A stretch of 64,000 nt of DNA, taken from a bacterium. GTDB taxonomy: Bacteria; Patescibacteriota; Minisyncoccia; Phycocordibacterales; Phycocordibacteraceae. The notes under the pieces are model-generated. The model ran no database searches. It worked only from the letters and a program-made list of their open reading frames with translations, and was not told the origin of the DNA. A program made the position numbers and the translations under genes. This document shows, piece after piece, positions 18,792 to 27,217 of the stretch. Position 1 is the first letter of the stretch; each line of letters opens with the position of its first letter. The DNA lies in the NCBI GenBank assembly GCA_023267755.1, contig JAHFMR010000004.1:8535-72534 (forward strand), written 5' to 3'.

Positions 18792-20306
18792 ATGAACATT
18801 ATCGACAATTTCCTCAATCGCATCACGATGTACCGTCTCGTGCTGTACTACCTCCTCGTACTGCTCGGCGCAGCCGGTGTCTTCGGTTTATTCGGCATCC
18901 TCCCCTACAGTCCCGCCGACCTGCTCTTCTCGACGCTCATCATCCTCGTCTCCTGCTGGGCAAGTAACACACTCTTTTCGCGAATCTTCGGGGCGGTACC
19001 GAACGTCGAGTCGGTCTACATCACCGGCTTCATCCTCGCTCTCATCATCACGCCAGTTGGCCCGACGAGTGTTACTGGCATCGGCTTCCTTATTTTCGCC
19101 TCAGTGTGGGCGATGGCATCCAAATATATTTTCGCCCTCGGGAAGAAACACATCTTCAATCCCGCGGCGTTCGGCGTGGTGCTCTCAGCACTCGTCATCG
19201 GCCAGTCAGCTACCTGGTGGGTCGCCGGCAACTATGCCCTGCTCCCTTTCGTCCTCCTTGGCGGCCTACTCATCACGCGCAAGATTCACCGTTTTGATCT
19301 TGTCCTCTCGTTCTCAATCGTCTCGCTCGCAACCATCGCCCTGACCACTTCTGGCACCAGCCCGTTCACTGCACTACTTCAGACCTTCTCGCACTCTCCC
19401 TTCTTTTTCCTCGCACTCGTGATGCTTACCGAGCCGCTCACGATGCCGCCCATTCGCCTCTTGCGGTTTATCTACGGCGCGCTGGTCGGCCTTCTCTTCG
19501 CCCCAAATATCCACCTCGGCTCGTTCTACTTCTCTCCCGAACTCGCGCTTCTTATCGGCAACGTGTTCGCGTACGCAGTAAGCCCCAAGGGGCGCTTTAT
19601 GCTCACCCTCCTCGAGAAGAAGGAAATAGCAGCAGGCACCTACGAGCTCATCTTCTCACCTGACCGGCCGCTCGCCTTCCGTCCTGGACAGTACCTAGAA
19701 TGGACGCTCGCACATAGTCCGAGTGACGCGCGCGGCAACCGCCGCTACTTCACTATTGCGTCATCGCCAACCGAGAGCACAGTGCGTCTGGGCGTCCGCG
19801 TCTACGAACCCGAGAGCACCTTTAAGCGTGCGCTAAAGGATATGAAGATTGGTGATGTTATCTCTGTCTCGAGTCTCGCTGGCGACTTCACGCTGCCGAA
19901 GAAATCGCGGAAGAAGCTCGTCTTCATCGCCGGAGGCATCGGCGTTACCCCATTCCGCAGTATGGTGCAATATCTCGTAGACACTAAGGACACTCGCCCG
20001 GCGGTGCTCCTCTATTCAAACAAGATGGCGAGTGAGATTGCCTACCGAGAAGTGTTCGATCGCGCCGGACAAGAGATTGGGCTCCAAACACTCTATGCGC
20101 TTACCGACGAGCCGAGTGCTGTCCCGGGAACCTATGCCGGCAGACTAGATGCCACGATTATTGCCAAGGAGATTCCCGATTATAAAAACTGCACCTTCTA
20201 TATCTCCGGCCCACACGGGATGGTCGAAGCCTTTAAGAGCACACTTATCGGGATGGGCGTCTCGCGTTTCAATATTAAAACCGACTACTTCCCCGGCTTC
20301 GCATAG
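18792..20306 (+). CDS. NqrB/RnfD-like membrane domain fused to an FNR-type FAD/NAD(P)-binding domain
   Basis: SKY..KHIFNPAA, MLTEPLT, then PGQY, RRYFTIASSP, IAGGIGVTPFRS, YISGP. Confidence 0.88.
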   Translation: MNIIDNFLNRITMYRLVLYYLLVLLGAAGVFGLFGILPYSPADLLFSTLIILVSCWASNTLFSRIFGAVPNVESVYITGFILALIITPVGPTSVTGIGFLIFASVWAMASKYIFALGKKHIFNPAAFGVVLSALVIGQSATWWVAGNYALLPFVLLGGLLITRKIHRFDLVLSFSIVSLATIALTTSGTSPFTALLQTFSHSPFFFLALVMLTEPLTMPPIRLLRFIYGALVGLLFAPNIHLGSFYFSPELALLIGNVFAYAVSPKGRFMLTLLEKKEIAAGTYELIFSPDRPLAFRPGQYLEWTLAHSPSDARGNRRYFTIASSPTESTVRLGVRVYEPESTFKRALKDMKIGDVISVSSLAGDFTLPKKSRKKLVFIAGGIGVTPFRSMVQYLVDTKDTRPAVLLYSNKMASEIAYREVFDRAGQEIGLQTLYALTDEPSAVPGTYAGRLDATIIAKEIPDYKNCTFYISGPHGMVEAFKSTLIGMGVSRFNIKTDYFPGFA

Positions 20307-20314
20307 GACACTAA

Positions 20315-20352
20315 CAACATAGCCGCCGGCCTTACGGCCGGCGGCTATGTTG
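20315..20352. terminator. Hairpin between convergent genes
   Basis: Perfect 17-bp stem CAACATAGCCGCCGGCC-TTAC-GGCCGGCGGCTATGTTG. Confidence 0.75.
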
Positions 20353-20366
20353 CAGACAAAGATAGC

Positions 20367-20579
20367 TTACGCGACCTTGCTGACGTTGAGAGCGTTCGGG
20401 CCCTTCGGGCTCTCACCAATCTCAAACGAGACCTTGTCTCCCTCCTGGAGCTCGTCGAACGAAATGTTCTGGAGCTCGTTGGTGTGGAAGAAAAGATCCT
20501 TAGAACCATCCGGTTCTCCGGCGACCTTGATGAAGCCGAAGCCCTTATCGTTCTTCTTGATTACTGTTCCTTCTTTCAT
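20367..20579 (-). CDS. Cold-shock protein
   Basis: KGFGFI, DLFFH, L.EGDKVSFEI, KGPNALNV. Confidence 0.95.
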   Translation of the reverse strand: MKEGTVIKKNDKGFGFIKVAGEPDGSKDLFFHTNELQNISFDELQEGDKVSFEIGESPKGPNALNVSKVA

Positions 20580-20715
20580 GCTAGTGATAGATAGAGTGCG
20601 TGACTAAGATATCAAATCAGAAGCCGAAGATAGAAGCTCGATCCCACTTCTCTGGATCCAGCACTGGTTGATGTATTGATAATAGCACCCCCTCCTATTT
20701 TTGTCAAAGACCGTG

Positions 20716-21156
20716 TTAATTCCCTGACATCTCGCTATTCCCTGCGCTTGACCCATCACCCGTCCCTGCCGGTGCTCCACAAGCAATCGCTGCGGTGCGA
20801 TATGTCCTCCACGCCGCGTCACGAGAGGTCTGCCACGTGTTATGAGCGCTTCTCGTCGAAGTCCTGAAGGTGTTCCACACCGTTCTTGTTGCTGCCGAGA
20901 CAGCTCGGGTCGTCGTCGTGGCATAGGCCTGCTGAAGCGCAGTTGCGCGGGCGCTATATGCTGTAGTGATCGCGCCATTATAGATTGTCACGGCGGTTCC
21001 GATTGCAGTCTCGCGCGTGTTCACCGCGGTGCCGACGCAGGTAATCTTCGTCGCCATAGTTGCTGCTGACGTTGTGGTCGCAGTATCGGCAAAAGCCGGC
21101 ACAGCGGCCATCAGCCCTGCGGCCACGACTGCTCCTGCGATTATCTTTTTATACAT
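20716..21156 (-). CDS. Secreted Ala/Thr-rich helical protein
   Basis: Signal peptide ending PAFA; one Cys pair. Confidence 0.75.
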   Translation of the reverse strand: MYKKIIAGAVVAAGLMAAVPAFADTATTTSAATMATKITCVGTAVNTRETAIGTAVTIYNGAITTAYSARATALQQAYATTTTRAVSAATRTVWNTFRTSTRSAHNTWQTSRDAAWRTYRTAAIACGAPAGTGDGSSAGNSEMSGN

Positions 21157-21250
21157 AATGATTGGATTACTTTGTTAACAAGAGAATCTTCTCCTTCTTT
21201 AAAGGATACCATTTCTAAGATAGATGCCGAATCTGTGGACTACGGCGAGG

Positions 21251-22030
21251 CTAGCAGGCGATGTTCTGATCAATAGCAGTCGAGCTCGCCTCGTACTGCA
21301 CAATCCAGATTGGACTTCCTGTGATGAAGCTCTTGCCGGTCACGCACGCATTAATCGCGCCTACCTGGCTCTTGACCCCCACTGGTAGCCAGACCGGGAT
21401 GAGCACATCTTGTCCTGCTATCTTCTGCACGGGGATGAAACCGCTTCCGGCAATCGTCCGCCACATACGCGGCATCGAGTAGATGCCGACGCGGAGCCCC
21501 TTTGTATTCAGATAATCAATCGCGCCTTGAATTGTCGCGGCGTTTACCGCCGTATCCTTCGACCAGCTATTGGCCTCTTCGATATCGAGCCACCAGAGCG
21601 CCGACTGCACCCCCTTCTCTAGCGCGTAGCGGTAGGAGTGTTCTGCCGCCTGATAGCCGTAGTTGTAGCCCTGACACGCGGTGGGCTCTGCGCCCGCCTT
21701 CGTACCACTGCACGCCTTCGGACTGCCCACGTGCCCTTCTACCGTGCTCCCATAGGGCGCATTCAAATTCATATACACGGTCGCGGCGGTGTGCGAGGCA
21801 AACTTCGTCCACGCATAGCCGGCTGAGAGCCGTTTATTATCGACGAACGCCTTCCCTCCGGTGACGCCCACAATCGCGAAGCCAAACGACTCCGCGGGGA
21901 AATAACGCGTGCTGAAGGTTACGTCAAAGCCGAGATTGCTCGGCACATACGGACTCCCCACCGCCGCCACAGCGAGTGCGGGCAATGCCGTAAAAAGAAC
22001 TCCGAGTGCCGCGAAAATCACTTTCCTCAT
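21251..22030 (-). CDS. Secreted glycoside-hydrolase-like protein (GH25/DUF1906-like)
   Basis: Signal peptide, GFDVT, WWLDIE (DxE), VGIYS, WIVQY, IDQN. Confidence 0.6.
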   Translation of the reverse strand: MRKVIFAALGVLFTALPALAVAAVGSPYVPSNLGFDVTFSTRYFPAESFGFAIVGVTGGKAFVDNKRLSAGYAWTKFASHTAATVYMNLNAPYGSTVEGHVGSPKACSGTKAGAEPTACQGYNYGYQAAEHSYRYALEKGVQSALWWLDIEEANSWSKDTAVNAATIQGAIDYLNTKGLRVGIYSMPRMWRTIAGSGFIPVQKIAGQDVLIPVWLPVGVKSQVGAINACVTGKSFITGSPIWIVQYEASSTAIDQNIAC

Positions 22031-22050
22031 TACTCAAGTATACCTCTCAA

Positions 22051-22090
22051 GCAAAGCAAAAGCCGCCCTAGTGGGCGGCTTTTGCTTTGC
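22051..22090. terminator. Repeated bidirectional hairpin, copy A
   Basis: GCAAAGCAAAAGCCGCCC-TAGT-GGGCGGCTTTTGCTTTGC; related copies near 23039-23069 and 24291-24320. Confidence 0.8.
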
Positions 22091-22212
22091 GTGTTGCCCG
22101 AGGCGGTACTGTACCTGTCACTACAGGCAAACCAAAGGTTCTTTCAGCATCGTTCTCCCCTCTTTAGCGATGGGGGCCGGTATGGGTCTGGTTTGAGATG
22201 TTCAAAGAATTT

Positions 22213-22688
22213 TCAATGGGTTTGGCCAGATGAGAAGACGGAGCGGTACAGTACCAAGAAATCAACATGCCATATTTTTAGTATCAAAATTAAAACAACG
22301 AAACTTAATACCCATATCGCAACGTCCGGCGCCCAACTTGATGCCTTACCTAGTAAGCTTCGTTTACTCAACTCAACTCAACTTCACCCGTTAATTTGCC
22401 CAGGGTATCCTTATTTCTCATTGCGGTTTTCTTGAGATCATCATTATAAAGATAAAGAGGTGTTGGAATTAAGAGTAAAAGTGCACTGACCAAAAAACGA
22501 ACAAGATTATCTAGCGGGATGAGATTTGAATTGAATGTGGCTATAACAAGAAGTGTCGCTGCTAAACCGGCCATCAATGGCAAAAGTGCCATTCTCGAAC
22601 GAACAGTCGACTGAAGCATATCGAGATGCTCCTTGACGACTATCCACTGATGCTCCTTCGGTAGACGGTCAAAATATTTCTTGTCCAT
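22213..22688 (-). pseudogene. Membrane protein frameshifted by a 5-bp tandem repeat (called ORF ends at 22368)
   Basis: ACTCA x3 at 22366-22380; removing one unit extends the ORF to 156 aa, adding a third TM (VAIWVLSFVVLILILKIW) and a stop at 22213. Confidence 0.7.
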
Positions 22689-22942
22689 TAGACTTCTTTG
22701 TTCACTTCTTCATTCTTTGGGTACCCCCATTTGCCACGAACGATATACCAAAATAGCCCCTCTACTGCGCCCATAGAGAAAACAATGACTACATTTGTTA
22801 TTACAAAAGACCCGAAATCAAACGAATAATAAAGAGCTGTATTTGCAATCAGTAGAAATAAACCAAAAAAGAAAACATATAGAGATTTAACTACTCTATA
22901 CCACCTCTTATCTTCATATTCCGCGATTACCTTGTTTTTCAT
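22688..22942 (-). CDS. Small two-TM membrane protein
   Basis: 84-aa AT-rich ORF; stop overlaps the next start. Confidence 0.7.
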   Translation of the reverse strand: MKNKVIAEYEDKRWYRVVKSLYVFFFGLFLLIANTALYYSFDFGSFVITNVVIVFSMGAVEGLFWYIVRGKWGYPKNEEVNKEV

Positions 22943-23136
22943 TTTGTTATTTATATTCTACCAAGAGTTCCTTTTGTCCACCACACTGCTTCCAACATTG
23001 TTGGATTTGATGCTGGCTAGGGTCTCTAGCGATGCGACGCAAAAGCCGCCCTTTCAGGGCGCCTTTTGCTAACGTGATGCCGAGCGGTACTGTACTGCCC
23101 TTGATGGGGGACGGTACTGGTTCCTGGCGTCACAAC

Positions 23137-24452
23137 CGTGTTGCCCGTGTCGGTACTGTACCCGCCACAATAAGCAAACCAAAGGTTCTTTCGGCATCGT
23201 TCTTCCCTCCCTAGCGATGGGGACCGGTATGGATCGGCTTTCAATGTTTTCAAGGATTTTTGATCAATTTCGAGCTCGAGAAACGGGAGCCGGTATCGTA
23301 CTGAGATTTTATTATGTTAATCTCACAAATATCGTGATCATCCGAAAACTATGACCGACTTCGAGACCCGGCTTACTGCGTACATCCACAAGATTCTCGC
23401 CCACGAAGGCGATGACTGGAGCGTTTCATCGCCACCTCAGGGTATGAGCAGCAGCGTCTTCTTCCTGACATTGGGAGGCATGGAATATGCGGTGAAGTAC
23501 GGTGTGGATGCGGCTAAAGATGTACCCGCCATCGCACTCATCCGTGATCACGGCGCACGCGTCCCGGTGCCCGAGGTCGTGGAAAGTTTTGTGTTCGAAG
23601 AAGTGCCGATAGTGGTGATGAAGCGGATCGTGTTTCCCCTACTCGAGAGCGTACCAGTCGCGGATCTCCCGGCGTATCTTCCGAGCATGCTAGATCTCAT
23701 GGAGGAACTCCACACGATTACCAACCCAACACCAAAGATAGTGTCTGCGCCGGGTGAGCTTGCTTCGTGGAAGGAATATCTGCTCGCGCAATTCGACGGG
23801 CGCACAATAGACTGGGAAGAAATACTCGGGCGCAAAGCCTTGGATCGCGCGCTCGTTGCGGATGCGCTCGACCGATTCCGCGCGCTCCTCGCCGCAAGCG
23901 ATCTCGAGCTTTCGTCTTATACGCTTCTCCATACGGACTTCAACCAGCGCAATCTCTTCGTCGATCTGGCCACAAAGACTATCAGTGGGATTGTTGACTG
24001 GGAGGACGCGGTCTTTGGCGATTCCATCTATGATTTTGCGCGGATACGCATGTTCCTCTGGCATTTCGACCTGCCTGAAATGGCCATCTCCGTGTACTAC
24101 AACCGGACGCGTTATAACGATACGGAGAAGCAGCGCGAATGGTTGTATTTAACGGCGCGAGTCATCCAATACCTTGCCTGGTATTCGGAGGAAGATACGA
24201 CATTCAATACCTCCCGAATCGCGTTGCACCAGAACTATCTGCGGGCGATCCGGTGGTGATAATCTGTGGCCGCCTCGGATCGAGGTGGTAGCAAAAGCCG
24301 CCCATAAGGGCGGCTTTTGCGTACGTGATGCACTACAAGAGTACTTCTCGTTTTCTAACTCGCTTCGCTCCTAAGAAAACAATGTCGCCGGGCGGTACTG
24401 TGCTGACCCTGATGGGGGAAGGTACTGGTTCCTGGCGTCACAACCGTGTTGC
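23137..24452. mobile_element. Putative non-autonomous mini-island 1 (tRNA-fMet proximal)
   Basis: Bounded by CGTGTTGC at 23137-23144 and 24445-24452; the latter overlaps the tRNA 3' end. Confidence 0.68.
23351..24259 (+). CDS. Aminoglycoside phosphotransferase/choline kinase-family protein
   Basis: QGMSS.VF, YAVK, VPVPEV, LLHTDFNQRNL, IVDWED..FGD..YD. Confidence 0.88.
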   Translation: MTDFETRLTAYIHKILAHEGDDWSVSSPPQGMSSSVFFLTLGGMEYAVKYGVDAAKDVPAIALIRDHGARVPVPEVVESFVFEEVPIVVMKRIVFPLLESVPVADLPAYLPSMLDLMEELHTITNPTPKIVSAPGELASWKEYLLAQFDGRTIDWEEILGRKALDRALVADALDRFRALLAASDLELSSYTLLHTDFNQRNLFVDLATKTISGIVDWEDAVFGDSIYDFARIRMFLWHFDLPEMAISVYYNRTRYNDTEKQREWLYLTARVIQYLAWYSEEDTTFNTSRIALHQNYLRAIRW

Positions 24453-24769
24453 GGGGGCCGGAATCGAACCGGCGTCTGGAGGTTCTTCTGTACCTACTGT
24501 TTCCAGCAGGAATGGACTATCCCATAATCCTATAAGGATTCTCCCATTATAGTCTCTGAACCTTTCCTCCGCCTCAGGCGGAAGACTTGGCTGCTGATTG
24601 CCGAATCTTCTCGTTTTTCACGCATTCGCGCCCACCCTTTCGAGTCACGTTGTAGCATGAGAAGCTCTCACGGTATTCCAGCAATTTAGAGAGTTTTTCC
24701 ACTACCCGTTACCGGATAGGGTCACGTTATTCACATGAGCCTCCCGAGGTACCTCTCCTCTACCCCGCT
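24449..24769 (-). tRNA. Initiator tRNA-fMet(CAT) split by a group I intron (exon 1 24735-24769, exon 2 24449-24484)
   Basis: Joined exons AGCGGGGTAGAGGAGAGGTACCTCG-GGAGG-CT-CAT|AA-CCTCC-AGACGCCGGTTCGATTCCGGCCCCCGCAA; A1xA72 mismatch and A11-U24 pair are initiator hallmarks. Confidence 0.9.
24485..24734 (-). ncRNA. Group I intron, 250 nt, no internal ORF
   Basis: Core elements P AAATTGCTGGAA (24676-24687), Q AATCAGCAGCC (24589-24599), R GTTCAGAGACTATAA (24547-24561), S GGATAGTCC (24514-24522); 5' exon ends in U pairing with internal GUGA; terminal G at 24485. Confidence 0.92.
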
Positions 24770-24837
24770 GTATCAAAGTATACACAGAAAAAAAACTCGG
24801 GCAACCGTATTTCAGAAATGAAGATGTTTCGTCTTTA

Positions 24838-25410
24838 TCAAATCACCTTGAACTCTCTGAAGACCGCTTCGTAGCGCGCGATGGTGCGCTGCGCGAGCGT
24901 CTCGGAGAGGTCGAAGGCGGAGCCGTCGTGCGCGATCCGGTTGCGCACTTTGTGTGCCTCCCACGCGTCGTTCAGACTGCCGAATGTGGCGTTATCAGCG
25001 GTCTTCAACTTCTCGGCGACACCCTCGCCCACATACCCCTGCTGCACGAGCACATCGTCGAGCATAATATCCGCCTCGATAATAGCGTCGCGCCACTCGC
25101 TCGAGGTCGTCCCCGCCGCGAGCGTCTTGATGTGTTGCCAGCGTGGGTGCTCATCGTCGAGGGAAGCGGCGACTGTAAGCGGTGTGGAGTAGAACTCTTC
25201 TTCGCGGTGTCGGAGCTCGAAGAGGCGCACTGTGCAATACACAATAATGAAGAGTGCTACCACCGAAACCGTGTAGCCAATACCGACAATCCAGAGCCAG
25301 AGGTGCGAGAGAAAGGCTTCAATCCCACTTAGCGAGCCATAGCACGCACCGTGCAAGCAGTCGTAGAGGAGACGGAAGAAGTATTCGGTATTCGTCTGCG
25401 TAGAAGACAT
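24838..25410 (-). CDS. Membrane-anchored protein with a HEPN-like RxxxxH motif
   Basis: One TM, then AIIEADIMLD and AWEAHKVRNRIAH. Confidence 0.7.
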   Translation of the reverse strand: MSSTQTNTEYFFRLLYDCLHGACYGSLSGIEAFLSHLWLWIVGIGYTVSVVALFIIVYCTVRLFELRHREEEFYSTPLTVAASLDDEHPRWQHIKTLAAGTTSSEWRDAIIEADIMLDDVLVQQGYVGEGVAEKLKTADNATFGSLNDAWEAHKVRNRIAHDGSAFDLSETLAQRTIARYEAVFREFKVI

Positions 25411-25433
25411 CCTCTCTAGTATAGACGAAAAAA

Positions 25434-26882
25434 CTAGCGAGAACGCTCAACAGCGTTGCCGATGGTGAAAAGGGTCTCCTCTGCCTGGTGTAGCGCGGTG
25501 AAGTGGATACCGATCGGAAGCGCTTTACCATCACGCTCGACCGTACCCATTGGGGCTGAGAGAGCGGGCATACCGGTGAGATTCGCCGTCACGGTAAAGA
25601 TATCCTCGAGGTACATAGAGACCGGGTCGCTCTTCTCGCCAAATTTAAATGCTGGCGAGAGCGTCGTCGGGAAGGCGACTACGTCGCACGACTCAAATGC
25701 CTTCTCGTATTCCTGGCGGAGTACTGCACGTGCAGCGTCAGCCTTACGATAGTACGCATCGATATAACCAGAGGAGAGCACGAAGGTGCCAAGTAGGATA
25801 CGCCTGCGCGTCTCGGGACCAAATCCCTCGGTGCGCGAGAGGAGGTAGTCATCGAGGAGCGCCGCGCCCCGAGCAGCGTGGCCGTAGCGGATACCGTCGA
25901 GACGCGCGAGATTGGCCGAGACCTCTGCCGGCATAATCACGTAGTAGGCGGCGAGGGCGTGCCCGCTGGTGGGCAGCTCGACGTCGACGAGTGTGTGCCC
26001 CTGCTGTTCGAGCTTCGCGAGTGTTGCGTCGAAGGCGGCTCGCACGTCGGCGTTTACGCTCTCGCCGAGCAGGTGGCGTGGTACTCCGATACGTAGATGC
26101 TCGGCAGTCTGGCGTGCAGAGTAGAGACCGTCGGGTATGGTTGTCGAATCGAGCGGGTCGATACCGCGGATAGTGTCATAGAGAATACGGGCATCCTCGA
26201 CCGTCTTTGTAAGCGGACCAATCTGATCGAGCGACGAACCCATCGCGATAGCGCCGTTCCGCGAGACGGCGCCGTAGGTCGGCTTCAGCCCCACGAGACC
26301 GGTCAGTCCCGCTGGTTGACGTATCGAGCCGCCCGTATCAGTACCGAGTGCGGCGATGGCCAGATGCGCGGCGACCGCAGCGGCCGATCCGCCAGAGGAG
26401 CCGCCGGGGACGCGCGAGGTGTCGTGCGGATTACGGGTTGCACCGAATGCGGAGTGCTCGGTCGACGAACCCATCGCAAACTCGTCCATATTGGTGCGTC
26501 CCAAGAAGAGTGCCCCCGCCTCTTTCAGCTTCTTGATGACTGTGGCGTCGTAGGTCGCCGTATAATTCTCGAGCATCTTGCTCGCTGCGCTCGCGATCTT
26601 CCCTTCTATTAAAATGTTGTCCTTAATCGCAAGCGGGATCCCGCAGAGCGGGCTTGCATCGCCCGCGTCGATTCTCTTCTGTGCTAACTCGATAGCAGTA
26701 TCATCGGCAGCAAAGAGCTCGAGGTAAGCATTCAATTCAGGATTCTTCGCGTGTGCGGCTGTCGCGCACGCGTCCCAGAGCTCGCGGACGGTCAATTCGC
26801 GCGCGCGGAGCGCGCGCGCCGCCTCGACTATCGTCATCTCGTTTGGCCGAAGGTCCCGAGGTTTTGTCGAGGGATTAGTCAT
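25434..26882 (-). CDS. gatA: Asp-tRNA(Asn)/Glu-tRNA(Gln) amidotransferase subunit A
   Basis: IPLAIKDNI, NMDEFAMGSS, PGGSSGGSA, GTDTGGSIRQP, RRRILLGTFVLS. Confidence 0.97.
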   Translation of the reverse strand: MTNPSTKPRDLRPNEMTIVEAARALRARELTVRELWDACATAAHAKNPELNAYLELFAADDTAIELAQKRIDAGDASPLCGIPLAIKDNILIEGKIASAASKMLENYTATYDATVIKKLKEAGALFLGRTNMDEFAMGSSTEHSAFGATRNPHDTSRVPGGSSGGSAAAVAAHLAIAALGTDTGGSIRQPAGLTGLVGLKPTYGAVSRNGAIAMGSSLDQIGPLTKTVEDARILYDTIRGIDPLDSTTIPDGLYSARQTAEHLRIGVPRHLLGESVNADVRAAFDATLAKLEQQGHTLVDVELPTSGHALAAYYVIMPAEVSANLARLDGIRYGHAARGAALLDDYLLSRTEGFGPETRRRILLGTFVLSSGYIDAYYRKADAARAVLRQEYEKAFESCDVVAFPTTLSPAFKFGEKSDPVSMYLEDIFTVTANLTGMPALSAPMGTVERDGKALPIGIHFTALHQAEETLFTIGNAVERSR

Positions 26883-27195
26883 GGGTGATAATCTGCTTCA
26901 CTTCCAAATACACCCCCTCTTCGGGCCTGCCCTTCGTAGCTTCAGCGGAGAAGGGGAATTGTGCCGCAATCTTCTCGGTATACGTGCCAGCAGGTGTTGG
27001 CTGCCCATCCTCACGCATCACGTTACGGAGCGGCGGTTTCCCACCTTTCGCGCTCTGCGCTACTTCGAGCGATTCGAGTTGCCCGATATACGCGAGAATA
27101 GCGTCAAACTCGCTCGTGAACTTCTCGAGCTCCGCATCACTTATCTCGACACGCGCGAGCGCTGCGAGCTTCTTCACCTCTTCAGTCGTTGCCAT
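26875..27195 (-). CDS. gatC: Amidotransferase subunit C
   Basis: EEVKKLAALAR, ILAYIGQL, NVMRED; upstream of gatA. Confidence 0.9.
   Translation of the reverse strand: MATTEEVKKLAALARVEISDAELEKFTSEFDAILAYIGQLESLEVAQSAKGGKPPLRNVMREDGQPTPAGTYTEKIAAQFPFSAEATKGRPEEGVYLEVKQIITHD
26926..26955 (-). repeat. 30-nt palindromic element in frame in gatC
   Basis: CCCTTCTCCGCTGAAGCTACGAAGGGCAGG (PFSAEATKGR); hairpin with the same GGGCAGG tail as the 24-nt elements. Confidence 0.65.
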
Positions 27196-27217
27196 ACTAT
27201 TTATTATGGGCACTGTA

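Larger units (their letters stand above)
22090..23144. mobile_element. Putative non-autonomous mini-island 2 (tRNA-fMet distal)
   Basis: Bounded by CGTGTTGC at 22090-22097 and 23137-23144; AT-rich cargo; end sequences shared with the neighbouring unit. Confidence 0.65.

Noticed and set aside
22051-24452. CRISPR array or classical integron attC array
   Set aside because: Repeats are long, composite and about 1 kb apart; no cas or intI gene; no regular spacers or clear attC boxes.
24325-24552. 75-aa ORF
   Set aside because: It is the antisense of tRNA exon 2 and the intron plus a cassette end.
24485-24734. Homing endonuclease in the intron
   Set aside because: The 250 nt are accounted for by the ribozyme core.
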